DNA from: the human T2T-CHM13v2.0 reference genome, Homo sapiens
DNA: 64,000 nt
Assembly: GCF_009914755.1 (NCBI RefSeq)
Contig: NC_060926.1
Strand: one strand, 5' to 3'
The translations under genes were made by a program, and so were the position numbers. Under the pieces are notes generated by a model that saw only the letters and a program-made list of their open reading frames with translations, did not search any database and was not told where the DNA came from. Shown here one piece after another: positions 49,481-60,585 of the stretch; within the stretch, counting starts at the first letter, position 1; every line of letters starts with the position of its first letter.

Positions 49481-49750
49481 TTTTGAGACTGAGTCTCTCG
49501 CTCTGTTGCCCAGGCTGGCATGATCTTGGCTCACCACAATCTCCATCTCCTGGGCAACAGAGCGATTCTCCTGCCTCAGCCTCCTGAGTAGCTGGGACGA
49601 CAGGCACATGCCCGGTTAATGTTTATATTTTTAGTAGTGACAGGGTTTCACTATGTTGGCCAGGCTGGTCTCGAACTCCTGACCTTGTGATCTGCCTGCC
49701 TCAGCCTCCCAAAGTGCTGGGATTACAGGCGTGAGCCACCGCTCCCGGCC
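49481..49750 (-). mobile_element. AluSc/Sg-like SINE with internal deletions and a rearranged tail
   Basis: TSD TGCACATCAGTA at 49442-49453 and 49751-49762; ends gagccaccgctcccggcc. Confidence 0.9.
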
Positions 49751-51491
49751 TGCACATCAGTAGCTTAAAGTCTCTGAGAAGCCCTATTTTGTGAAAAAGC
49801 CACCTACTTAAATTTATATACAAGCTGAGGAAGATTCACGTTTGATGGGTATCAAAGTTTATACAATCTGAAGGTCCTTTTTAAGAAAAAGAACACAGAA
49901 TTATGAACACAAAATTCAGAACAGAGCCTTGGAAGGGACTTATGAAAACAAGAAGATTTAGCTTCCTTAGCTTTACCATAGACCCACTTGTATCTACATG
50001 TTACAATGCCTGTATTTGCTCACCCAAAGACTTTCCCCTCCTCATGCCTACTAATAACTCCCAGAACAGGCTTGATTCACAGCAATTTGGGATGTGCTGG
50101 CACAGACTGTTGCAGCTTTCCCTAACTTGTTTCCTTTCTTCCATTCTTCATCTAAAATGTAAATACATCATCCCACAGCGTTATTTTTCTAGACATGATT
50201 TTTCTAGGACACCAGCCTCATCCCCACAATCCATCTCTCTTCATGACTTAGGTTCCAACCTCTCTAGATGAGCGCCTTCCCCACTTATTAGACCACAACC
50301 CACAATAAGAAGTATGTTTTACATTATGACCCAATACTCATACATATCATTGAAAAAAATTTCACAAAACCAACCTTAACTTTTCTATGTGTGATGCACT
50401 CTAATTGTCTTGCTGATATACTCCATATACAAAAATAATCCTGGTAGGGCCACAGTAAAATAATTCTTACAGCCGGCAGGTTGAGAAACACTCCCTGGTC
50501 AGCATTGCACCCCTAATGCTTTTTTATGCTGCCATGCTTTGCTTTTGTGGCTCCCTCACTTTTGTGGATTGTCCTTTACCCCTGTTATGACTCTGCAAAT
50601 CCTTTTCACCCCTCCAGTTTCAACTCATATTCTACCTTTTATATAAAGCCATCATCCGTTGAATCCTCTGTGCTCTCCAACATTTTGCATTCACATTGCT
50701 ATGGGAAATATTTCATTCTGCTTTTGATTATAATTAATTATGTAAAATTCAGTCCTTTTTACTTCATTGTAAAGTCCTTGAGGGCAGGATCAGGTCATTT
50801 ATAGACGTGGTCATTTCTATAAATCCTACAGCATCCAGCACCCAGTACCTTGCAAATTATTAAAGTAGGAAGAAATTAAAGTGGCTCACAAGGTTGTTGT
50901 GAGGATTCAATGAGATAATATATTTTAACAATAGTGGTATAACTAATATTTATGATAACTTGTTTTAAAATGAAGTAGCTGGCTTATGGTTGCACAAATA
51001 ATAACTGGTGTTGCCAGGACTCAAGGCAAGCCCGATATTGGTAGCCACCACATTACTGTCTTATTCAAGTGCTTAGCCCATAGGAAGGATTCAGTAACTG
51101 GTAACTATTATTGTCACTTAACAAAAGGGTGTTGAATCAAAGCTGAATGAATGAATTAGACAGAGACTGTAGATTATGTATAATAGCCTTTGGGCCTAGG
51201 GATAATTCCATTCATCATTCTGCTATTAGTTTGCTCTTTAGTCTGCTGTTTTATTTTTCTGTGTGAGTGGTTGTGACTATATGATTAAAAATCACCAGAT
51301 GAGGAAAATGAATTTACTGTCTTCAGTAGTCTTAACGGCCACATCAGATTAACTGCAAGACTGATTCAACTATGAACAAATTAGACATTAAGATAGATGA
51401 AAAAAATCCAATTTGACCAAAAATAATTTTGAGACTGCATAGATAAAACTAATTTTCTTCCTTTGTGCACTTTAGTTCAATTCAGTCTTTC

Positions 51492-51557
51492 AAATATATG
51501 GTGTAAGGCACTGCAGGAAAATATATGGTGTAAGGCACTGCAAAAAAAAAAAAAAAA
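51492..51557 (+). repeat. Exact 24-bp duplication (period 27) followed by A16
   Basis: AAATATATGGTGTAAGGCACTGCA at 51492-51515 and 51519-51542. Confidence 0.95.
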
Positions 51558-51933
51558 GCAATGTCTTTTGTTACCAAGGAATGTATAATCAAGTGTGAAT
51601 ATCTTGGGGGTGGGGGTAAAGGAATATGATGTCTATCTAAATAAACAACCTTAATAGAAGGCAGAGCAAGAGCTGTTTCACGAGGTTTCAATGAGCTCTG
51701 AGGCTCCAAGGAGGAATGAATTGTTTCTCCAATGAGGGAATTGTAGAGGGGAAAGGTATTAAAAAGTGGAATGGACAAATGTGATTCTGGTTCTCAAAAT
51801 GAAGAAGCAGCATTTTTTCACTAAAGATCATTGGGAAGTGTATAGATTCCAAGTAAGATTCTAGTATTAATTATTAACAGGATGGCGGTGAGAAAGGAAT
51901 CTGGTGATCACAAATATTGAAAAAGTCTGCTGT

Positions 51934-54284
51934 GAAGAATTGTTACCAATCCTATTGACACTATTCGACAAGATAGAGAAAGAGGGAACCCTCCCTAAGT
52001 CATTCTATAAAGCCATTATCACCCTAATACCAAAACCAGGAAAGGACATAACCAAAAAAGGAAACTATAGACAGATATTGCTGGTGAACATAGATGCTAA
52101 AATGCTTAACAAAATACTAACTAACCGAATCCAACAATATGTCAAAAAGATAATCTACCATGATCAACTGGGGTTCATACAAGGGTTGCAGAGATGGTTT
52201 AACATATGCAAGTCAACAAATGTGATACACCACATAAACATAATTAAAAACAAAAATCACATGATCATCTGAATAGATGCAGAAAAAGCATTCAACAAAA
52301 TCCAGCATCGCTTTATGATAAAAACTCTAAGCAAAATCAGCATACAAGGGACATACCTCAATGTAATAAAAGCCACCTATGACAAACCCACAGCCAACAT
52401 AATACTGAATGGGAAAAAGTTGAAAGCATTCCCTCTGAGAACTGGAACAAGACAAGGATGCCCAATCTTACCACTCCTCTTCAACATAGTACTGGAAGTC
52501 CTAGCCAGAGCAATCAGACAAGAGAAAAAAATAAAGGACATCCAAATCTGTAAAAAGTAAGTCAAACTGTCACTGCTTGCAGATAATATTATTGTTTAAC
52601 TCAAAAACCTTAAAGACTCCTCCAGAAAGCTCTTAGAACTGATAAAAGAATTCAGCAAAGTTTCCAGATACAATACTGATGTAAACAAATCAGTAGCTCT
52701 TCTATACACCAACAGCGACCAAGCGCAGAATCAAATCAAGAACTCATAGCCTTTCACAATAGCTGAAAAAGAAAATACTTAGGAATATACTTAACCAAGG
52801 AGGTGAAAGACCTCTACAAGTAACCCTACAAAACACTGCTGAAAGAAATTGTAGACAACACAAAAAAATGGAAACACATCCCATGCTCATGGATAGGTAG
52901 AATCAGTAGTGTGAAAATGACCATACTGCCAAAAGCAATCTACAAATTCAGTGCAATCCCCATCAAATACAACCATCATTCTTCACAGAATTAGAAAAAA
53001 CAATTCTAAAATTCATATGAAACTTAAAAAGAGCCTCCATAGCCAAAGCAAGACTAAGCAAAAAGAACAAATTTGGAGGCATAACATTACCTGATTTCAA
53101 ACTATACTATAAGGCCATAGTCACCAAAACAGCATGTTACTGGTATAAAAATAGGCACACAGACCAATGGAACAGTATAGAGAACCCAGAAATAAACCCA
53201 AATACTTACAGCCAACTGATCTTTGACAAAGCAAACAAAAACATAAAGTGGGGAAAGGACACCCTATTCAACACATGGTGCTGGGATAATCGGCTAGCCA
53301 CATGTAGGAGAATGAAACTGGATCCTCATCTCTCACCTTATACAAAAATCAACTCAAGATGGATTAAGGACTTAAATCTAAGACCTGAAACTATAAAATT
53401 TCTAGAAGATAACATTGGAAAAACCCTTCTAGACAATGGCTTAGGTAAGGATTTCATGACCAAGAACCCAAAAGCAAATGCAATAAAAACAAAGATAAAT
53501 AGCTGGGACTTAATTAAACTGAAGAGCTTTTGCACGACAAAAGGAACAGTCAGCAGAGTAAACAGACAACCCACAGAGTGGGAGAAAATCTTCACGATCT
53601 ATACATCTGACAAAGGACTAATATCCAGAATCTACAACGAACTCAAACAAATCAGTAAGAAAAAAAAAAACAAAACAAATAATCCCATCAAAAAGTGGGC
53701 TAAGGACATGAATAGACAATTCTCAAAAGAAGATACAAAAATGGCCAACAAACATATGGAAAAAAAATGCTCAACATCACTAATGATCAGGGAAATGTAA
53801 ATCAAAACCACAATGTGATACCACCTTACCCCTGCAAGAATGGCCGTAATAAAAAGTCAAAAAACAGTAGATGTTGGTGTGGATGTGGTGATCAGGGAAC
53901 ACTCTACTCTGCTAGTGGGAATGTTAATAGTACAGTCACTATGGAAAGTAGTGTGGAGACTCCTTAAAGAACTAAAAGTAGAACTACCATTTGATACAGC
54001 AATTCCAGTACTGGGTATCTACTTGGAGGAAAAGAAGTCATTACACGAAAAAGATACTTGTACACATATGTTTATAGCAGCACAATTTGCAATTGCAAAA
54101 TCATGGAACCAATTCAAATGCCCATTAATCAACGAGTGGATAAAGAAACTGTGAGATATATCACACACACACACATACATATATATACACACATATATAC
54201 ATATATATCAGTTTCTTTATCTACTCGTATATATATGTATACATACATATATACACATACATATATATGTATACATACATGTAT

Positions 54285-54339
<55 letters not shown>

Positions 54340-54697
54340 GATGGAATACTACTCAGACTTAAAAAAGAATGAATTAACAACATTCGCAGCAACCTGGATG
54401 AGATTGGAGACTATTATTCTAAGTGAAGTGACTCAGGAATAGAAAACCAAACATCGTATGTTCCCACTGATATGTGGGAGCTAAGCTATGAGGATGCAAA
54501 GGCATAAGAATGATACAATGGACTTTGGGAACTTGGCGGGAAGGGTGGGAGGGGAGTGAGGGATAAAAGACTACAAATAGGGTGCAGTGTATACTGCTCA
54601 GGTGATGAGTGCACCAAAATCTCACAAATCACCACTAAAGAACTTACTCATGTAACCAAATACCACCTGTGCCCCCAATAACCTATGGAAAAAGAAA
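51934..54697 (+). mobile_element. 5'-truncated L1PB (L1PB1-like), 3' half of ORF2 plus 3'UTR
   Basis: Starts at [11 protein letters not shown] (ORF2 upstream of RT), with fragments [10 protein letters not shown] and [20 protein letters not shown]. The 3'UTR aaaagactacaaatagggtgcagtgtatactgctc is L1PB-type. Degenerate TSD aaaaagtctgctgt / aagaagtgtgttgt. Confidence 0.9.
54156..54337 (+). repeat. (TA)n/(CA)n/(CATA)n low-complexity expansion inside the L1PB
   Basis: Read directly; a pure (TA)n run at about 54294-54337. Confidence 0.93.
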
Positions 54698-54705
54698 AAG
54701 AAGTG

Positions 54706-55090
54706 TGTTGTAGATGGAATGTTTCAGTCATCTCCAAATTTATGTTGAAACATAATTCCCAATGAAACATTACTGGGAGATATGGGCTTTGGGAGGTGAT
54801 TGAGTCATGTGGGCTCCACCCTCAAGAATGAGACTAGGAAGTCTCCTTGTAGAAGGGCTTGATGGAGGGAGTGTGCCATTTTTTGCCCTTCTGCCTTCTG
54901 CCGTGTGAAGACATAATGTTCCTCTTCTTCAGAGGACTCAGCATTCAAGATACCTTGTTGGAAGTAGAGAGCAATACTTACCAGATGCTGTCATCTTGAT
55001 CTTGAACTTCCTAACCTCCAGAAATGTGAGAAATTAAATTTCTGTCCTTTATAAATTACCCAGTCTGTGGTATTATCTTATAGCAACACA
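54706..55090 (+). mobile_element. MST-like (MSTC/D) MaLR LTR
   Basis: aaatttatgttgaaacataattcccaatg ... atcttgatcttgaacttcctaacctccagaaatgtgagaaat ... ataaattacccagtctgtggtatt..tatagcaacaca. Confidence 0.75.
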
Positions 55091-55661
55091 ATAAAGTCAT
55101 ATCAAACTAATTTTTTTTCAAGGGGGGGCCTTGATTATTAAATTGGTACAAAGAAGAAATGCAACATATAGAGAGAGCATCCAAATTTCATGATAGCCTT
55201 GGGAATGGAACAGAAGAAAAATGAGGTACATTAAAATTGATGAATTGAACAATTTTATCCAAAGGATGCTGGTTAATAGATAAATGTTACCCTGAAGGAC
55301 ACTCTTTAGTGTCTTTTCATAGGCCTCTAACTTTAACACTGCTTGATTCATATTTAATCAGAAACTTGGATAAAGATATAGAAGACATGATCATTAATCT
55401 GCAGATGAACCAAAGCTGGGAAGAATGGTGAACAAACAGTGACAAAATCAGGATCTACATTGACCTTTGTTAGGTTGAAATGATGGCTCAAATCTACCAA
55501 CATACGGTCAGTAGTCTTGATCTTGGTCCAAAAGACAACAGTAGATTGAAAAGATGATGGAGATGTGACTTAGTAACAGCAAAACAAGCTTTTAGTTTTA
55601 CTTAATTTCACTAAGTCAAGAGTATTACATGATTACTGAGACTATCACCGAAGATGAAGAT

Positions 55662-55809
55662 ACCACACCACTATCAACACCACCACCACACCACCAACTC
55701 CACCACTACCATCACCCTCCTCACCATCCCAACCACCACCATAACTACCATCACCACAACCATCATCACCACCACTGTTACCACCATAATCACCATCAGT
55801 ACCACCACA
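55662..55809 (+). repeat. Imperfect (CAC/CAT)n trinucleotide repeat
   Basis: Read directly; it produces the spurious His-rich ORF 55629-55829. Confidence 0.92.
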
Positions 55810-56243
55810 ATGACTTGATGTGTTCTTAGGTTGTGTTCATGGAAAAACTGTTTCTGGAGGGGAAGGGATAGCACCACTGATCACATCACACTGAAAACTA
55901 TATATACAGTCTTACCACATGCAAAGCCTGGAGAATATTCAGGGGTAGAGCAATTATATGAGTGAAGAAACCTTATAATATGTTATATTCACAAAACTAA
56001 AAGGCCCTGGAGTTGGTTAGCCTGCAGTAGAGAAGTCTTAGCAGGAATATGATAAAAATTCCCAAATGGTCCAAGGGCTGTGATACAAGAAAAGCAATTT
56101 AATTTCTTTTATAGAACTTCAAAAAGCAGGACTAGACAATTAACACTGATGATAGGAACACAGGCTTCAGCTTATTAAAACATTTCTCATTGATAGAGGT
56201 GTTTGCAAATGGAAGGTGTGGCTCCGGCTGTAGTGAATTTCCT

Positions 56244-59200
56244 TTTTCTTTCTTTTCTCCTTCAACTTTTAAATTCAGGAGTCCATGTGCAGGATGTGTA
56301 GGTTTGTTACATAGGTAAATGTGTGCCATGGTGATTTGCTGCACAGATTATCCCATCACCTAGGTATTAAGCCCAGCATCCATGAACTATTCTTCCTGAT
56401 ACTCTTCCTCCCCAGACAGGCTCCAGTGGGTATTGTTCCCCCCATGTGTCCATGTATTCTCATCATTCAGTTCCCAGTTATAAGTGAGAACATGCAGTAT
56501 TTGGCTTTCTGTTCCTGCATTAGTTTGCTAAGGATAATAGCCTCCAGCTTCATCCATGTCCCTGCAAAGGACATGATCTCGTTCCTTTGTATGGCTGCAT
56601 AGTATTCCATGGTGTATATGTACCACATTTTTTTTATCCAGTCTATCACTGATGGGTATTTAGATTGATTCCATGTCTTTGCTATTTTGAATAGTGCTGC
56701 AATGAACATACACGTGTAAATATCTTTATAATAGGATGATTTCCATTCCTTTGAGATTATACCTAGTAATGTGATTGCTGGGTCAAATGGTATCCATGCC
56801 TCTAGGTCTTTGAGGAATCACCACACTCTCTTCCACAATGGTTGAACTAATTTACACTCCCCCCAACAGTGTAAAAGCATTCCTTTTTCTCTGCAACCTC
56901 ACCAGCATCTGTTATTTTTGACTTTTTAATAATAGACATTCTGACTTGAATGAGATGGTATCTTATTGTAGTTTCAATTTGCATGTCTTTAATGATCAGT
57001 GATGTTGAGCTTTTTCTCATGTGTGTTGGCTGCATGTATGTCTTCTTTTGAGAAGTGTCTGTTCATGTTCTTTGACTACTTTTTAATGGGGTTGTTTCTT
57101 GTAAAATTGTTTTAAAAGTTCCTTGTAGAGTGGATATTAGACCTTTGTCAGATGGATAGATTGCAAAAGTTTTCTCCCGTTCTGTAGGTTGTCTGTTCAC
57201 TCTGATGATAGTTTCTTTTGCTGTGCAGAAGCTCCTTAGTTTAATTAGATCCCATTTGTCAATTTTGGCTTTTGTTGCAATTGCTTTTGGCATTTTCATC
57301 ATGAAATCTTTATGATGCCTATGTCCTGAAGGGTATTGCCTACATTTTCTTCTAGAGTTTTTATAGTTTTGGTGTTTACAATTAAGTCTTTAATTCATCC
57401 CTAGTTAATTTTTGTTTATAGTGTAAGGAAGGAGTCCAGTTTCAATTTTCTGCATATGGCTAGCCAGTTCTCCCAGCACCATTTAATAAATAAGGAATCA
57501 TTTCCCCATTACTTGTTTTCAGCAGGTTTGTGGAAGATCAGATGGTTGTAGGTGTGCAGTCTTACTTCTGAGTTCTCTGTTCTGTTTCATTGGTCTATGT
57601 GTCTGTTTTTGTAGTAGTACCATGCTGTTTTGGTTACTGTAGCCTTGTAGTATAGTTTGAAGTCAGGTAGCATGACACCTCTAGCTTTGTTCTTTTTGCT
57701 TAGGATTGTCTTGGCTATTTGGACTCTTTTTTGGTTCCATATGAATTTTAAAATAGTTTTTTTTCTAATTCTGTGAAGAATGTCGATAGTAGTTTAATGG
57801 TAATAGCATTGAATCTATAAATTACTTTGGGCAATATGGCCATTTTCACGATATTGATTTTTATCATACATGAGCATGGAGTGTTTTTCCATTTGTTTGT
57901 GTCCTCCCTGATTTCTTTGAGCAGTGGTTTGTAATTCTCCTTGAAGAGGCCCTTCACTTCCCTTGTTAACTGTATTCCTAGGTATTTTATTCTTTTTGTA
58001 GCAATTGTGAATGGAATTTCATTCATGGTTTGGCTCTCTGCTTAACTGTTGTTGGTGTATAGGAATGCTAGTGATTTTTGCACATCAATTTTATATCCTA
58101 AGACTTTGCTGAAGTTCCTTATCAGCTTAAGAAGATTTTGGGCTGAGGTGATGGGGTATTCTAGATATAGAATCATGTCATCTGCAAACAAAGATAATTT
58201 GACTTCCTCTCTTTTTATTTGATACACTTTATTTCTTTCTCTTGCCTGATTGTCCTGGCCAGAACTTCCAATACTATGTTGAATGGGAATGGTGAGAGAG
58301 GGCATCCTTGTCTTGTGCTGGTTTTCAAGGGGAATGATTCCAGCTTTTGCCCATTCAGTATGATATTGGCTATGAGTTTGTCATGTATGGCTCTTATTCA
58401 TTTGAGGTATGTTCCTTCAACACTTAGTTGATTGAGAGTTTTTAACATGAAGGGATGTTGAGTTTTATCGAAAGCCTTTTCTGTATCTATTGAGATAATC
58501 ATGTATTTTTTATCTTTAGGACTGTTTATGTGATGAATTACTTTTATTGATTTGTGTATGTTGAACCAAGCCTTCATCCTGGGGATGAAGCCAACTTGAT
58601 TGTGGTGGATAAGCTTCTTGATGTGCTGCTGGATTTGGTTTGCCAGTATTTTATTGAGGATTTTTGCATTGATGTTCATCAAGGATATTGGCCTGAAGCT
58701 TTCTTCTTTTGTTGTATCTCTGCCGGGTTTTGGTATCAGGATGATACTGGCCTTATAGAATGAGTTAGGGAGGAGTCCCTCCTTTTCAATTATTTGGAAT
58801 AGCTTCAGTAGAAATGGTACCAGCTCTTCTTTGTACCCCTGGTATAACTCAGCTGTGACTCCATCTGGTCCTGGGATTTTTTTGGTTGGTAGGCTGTTTA
58901 TTACACCTCAATTTCAGACTTGTTATTGGTCTATTCGGATTCAATTTCTTATTGGTTCAGTCTTGGGAGGATGTATGTGTCCAGGAATTTATCCATTTCT
59001 TCTAGATTTTGTAGTTTATGTGCATTGAGGTGTTTATAGTATTCTCGGCTGGTTGTTTATATTTCTGTAAGGCCAGTGGTGATATTCCTCTTATCATTTC
59101 TAATAGTATTTATTTGATTCTTCTTTTCTTCTTTATTAGTCTAGCTAGCAATCTATTTTATTAATTTTTTTTAAATCCATCTCCTGGATTTGTTGATTTT

Positions 59201-60585
59201 TTTTGAAGGGCTTTTCATGTCTCTATCTCCTTCAGTTCCTCTCTGAACTTGGTTATTTCTTGTCTTCTGCTAGCTTTGGGTTTTTTTCTTTTTCCCCTTG
59301 GTTCTCTAGTTCTTTTAGTTGTGATGTTAGGTTGTTAACCTGAGATCTTTCTAGCTTTTTGATATGGGCATTTAGTGCTGTAAATTTCCCTCTTAACACA
59401 GCTTTAGCCGTGTCCCAAAGATTCTGTTTTGTTGTCTCTTTATTCTCATTAGTTTCAAAGAACTTCTTGATTTCTGCCTTAATTTCATTATTTACCCAGG
59501 AGTCATTCAGGAGCAGGTTGTTCAATTTCCATGTAGTTGTGTGGTTTGCCCCTCTTAAAGAAACATTCTGGCTGCTTTTTGGTAGAGCAGGTGTGCTGTG
59601 TTGAGGGGGACCCTTCCTCATCGGGACTGTTTAGATTCTCCCAAAGCTGGCAGGCTGGAATGGCTGAGTCCACCAAACCACAGAGATGGTGGCCACCCGT
59701 CTCCTAGGGACTTCCATCCCAGGGAGAGATCAGAGCTGTGTGCATATAACCCTGGTTGGAGTGGCTGAAGCCCCTGCAGGGAGATTCTGCCCAGTGAAGA
59801 AGAGTGGATCGGTGTCCCTCTTAAAGAAGCAGTCTGGCCACAATCTGGCAACGCAGCTGTGCTGTGCTGTGCTGTGGGGACCCTTCCTTGTCAGGACCGT
59901 TTGGATTCTCCAAGCCAGCGGGCTAGAATGGCTGAGTCAACCAAACCCCAGAGATGGCGGCCACCCCTCCCTGGGGGAACTCAGTCCCCTCCCAGGTAGA
60001 CTCCAGCCTGTTGCTGTTGGCTGGCTGGAATTCCAAGCCAGTGGGTCTTAACTTGTGAGGTGCCATGGAATTAGGGCCCACAGAATGACACTGCTTGGCT
60101 CCCGGTATTCAGCCCCATTCCTGAAGGTATGTATGGACGGATCTGCCGCCTCGCCAGGGATCCTAGGGCTGAGGTATGTAAGACTCCTTGGTTTCTAGGT
60201 GTGCCTGAACAGTCTCAGCTCTGCTGAGACTCCACCAGCTCTGTGTATTGGACCCAAGGCCGTGGTGGTGTGGGCTCACGAAGGGATCTCCTGATCTGCA
60301 GGTTGCAAAGATCTGTAGGAGAAGCATGGTTTCCCGGAGGGGTTGCACAATCACTCACCACTTCCCCTGGCTGGGGATGGAGGTTCCTTTGGCTTCGTGC
60401 GCTCCCAGGTGTGCCATCCCACCACCCTGCTTTTCTTTGTTCTCCATGGGTCGAGTTGTTTGCCTCGTCAGTTCAGTGCGAGAACTTGGATGTTTCAGTT
60501 GAAGGTGCTGAATTCACTTGTCTCTTTCATTTCTCTCCTTGAGTGCTACAGACCCAGCTGTTTCTAATCAGCCATTTTGGCCCCA
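56244..60585 (-). mobile_element. L1PA13-like element with both ends intact but ORF1 and the EN domain deleted (4.3 kb)
   Basis: TSD CTGTAGTGAATTT at 56228-56240 and 60586-60598. 5' end GGGGCCAAAATGGCTGATTAGAAACAGCT. ORF2 fragments run to about 59546, where the sequence switches abruptly to 5'UTR. Confidence 0.9.

Noticed and set aside
54058-54392. Tyr/Ile/His-rich ORFs
   Set aside because: They are translations of the (TA)n/(CATA)n expansion inside the L1PB.
55629-55877. His-rich and Val/Met-rich ORFs
   Set aside because: They are translations of the (CAC/CAT)n simple repeat.
59535-59560. Spliced L1 retrocopy (SpIRE) as the explanation for the internal deletion
   Set aside because: The ORF2 sequence expected just upstream of the junction (CTCACTCAAAACC in the copy at about 38990) has no AG acceptor at the join, so microhomology fits better.
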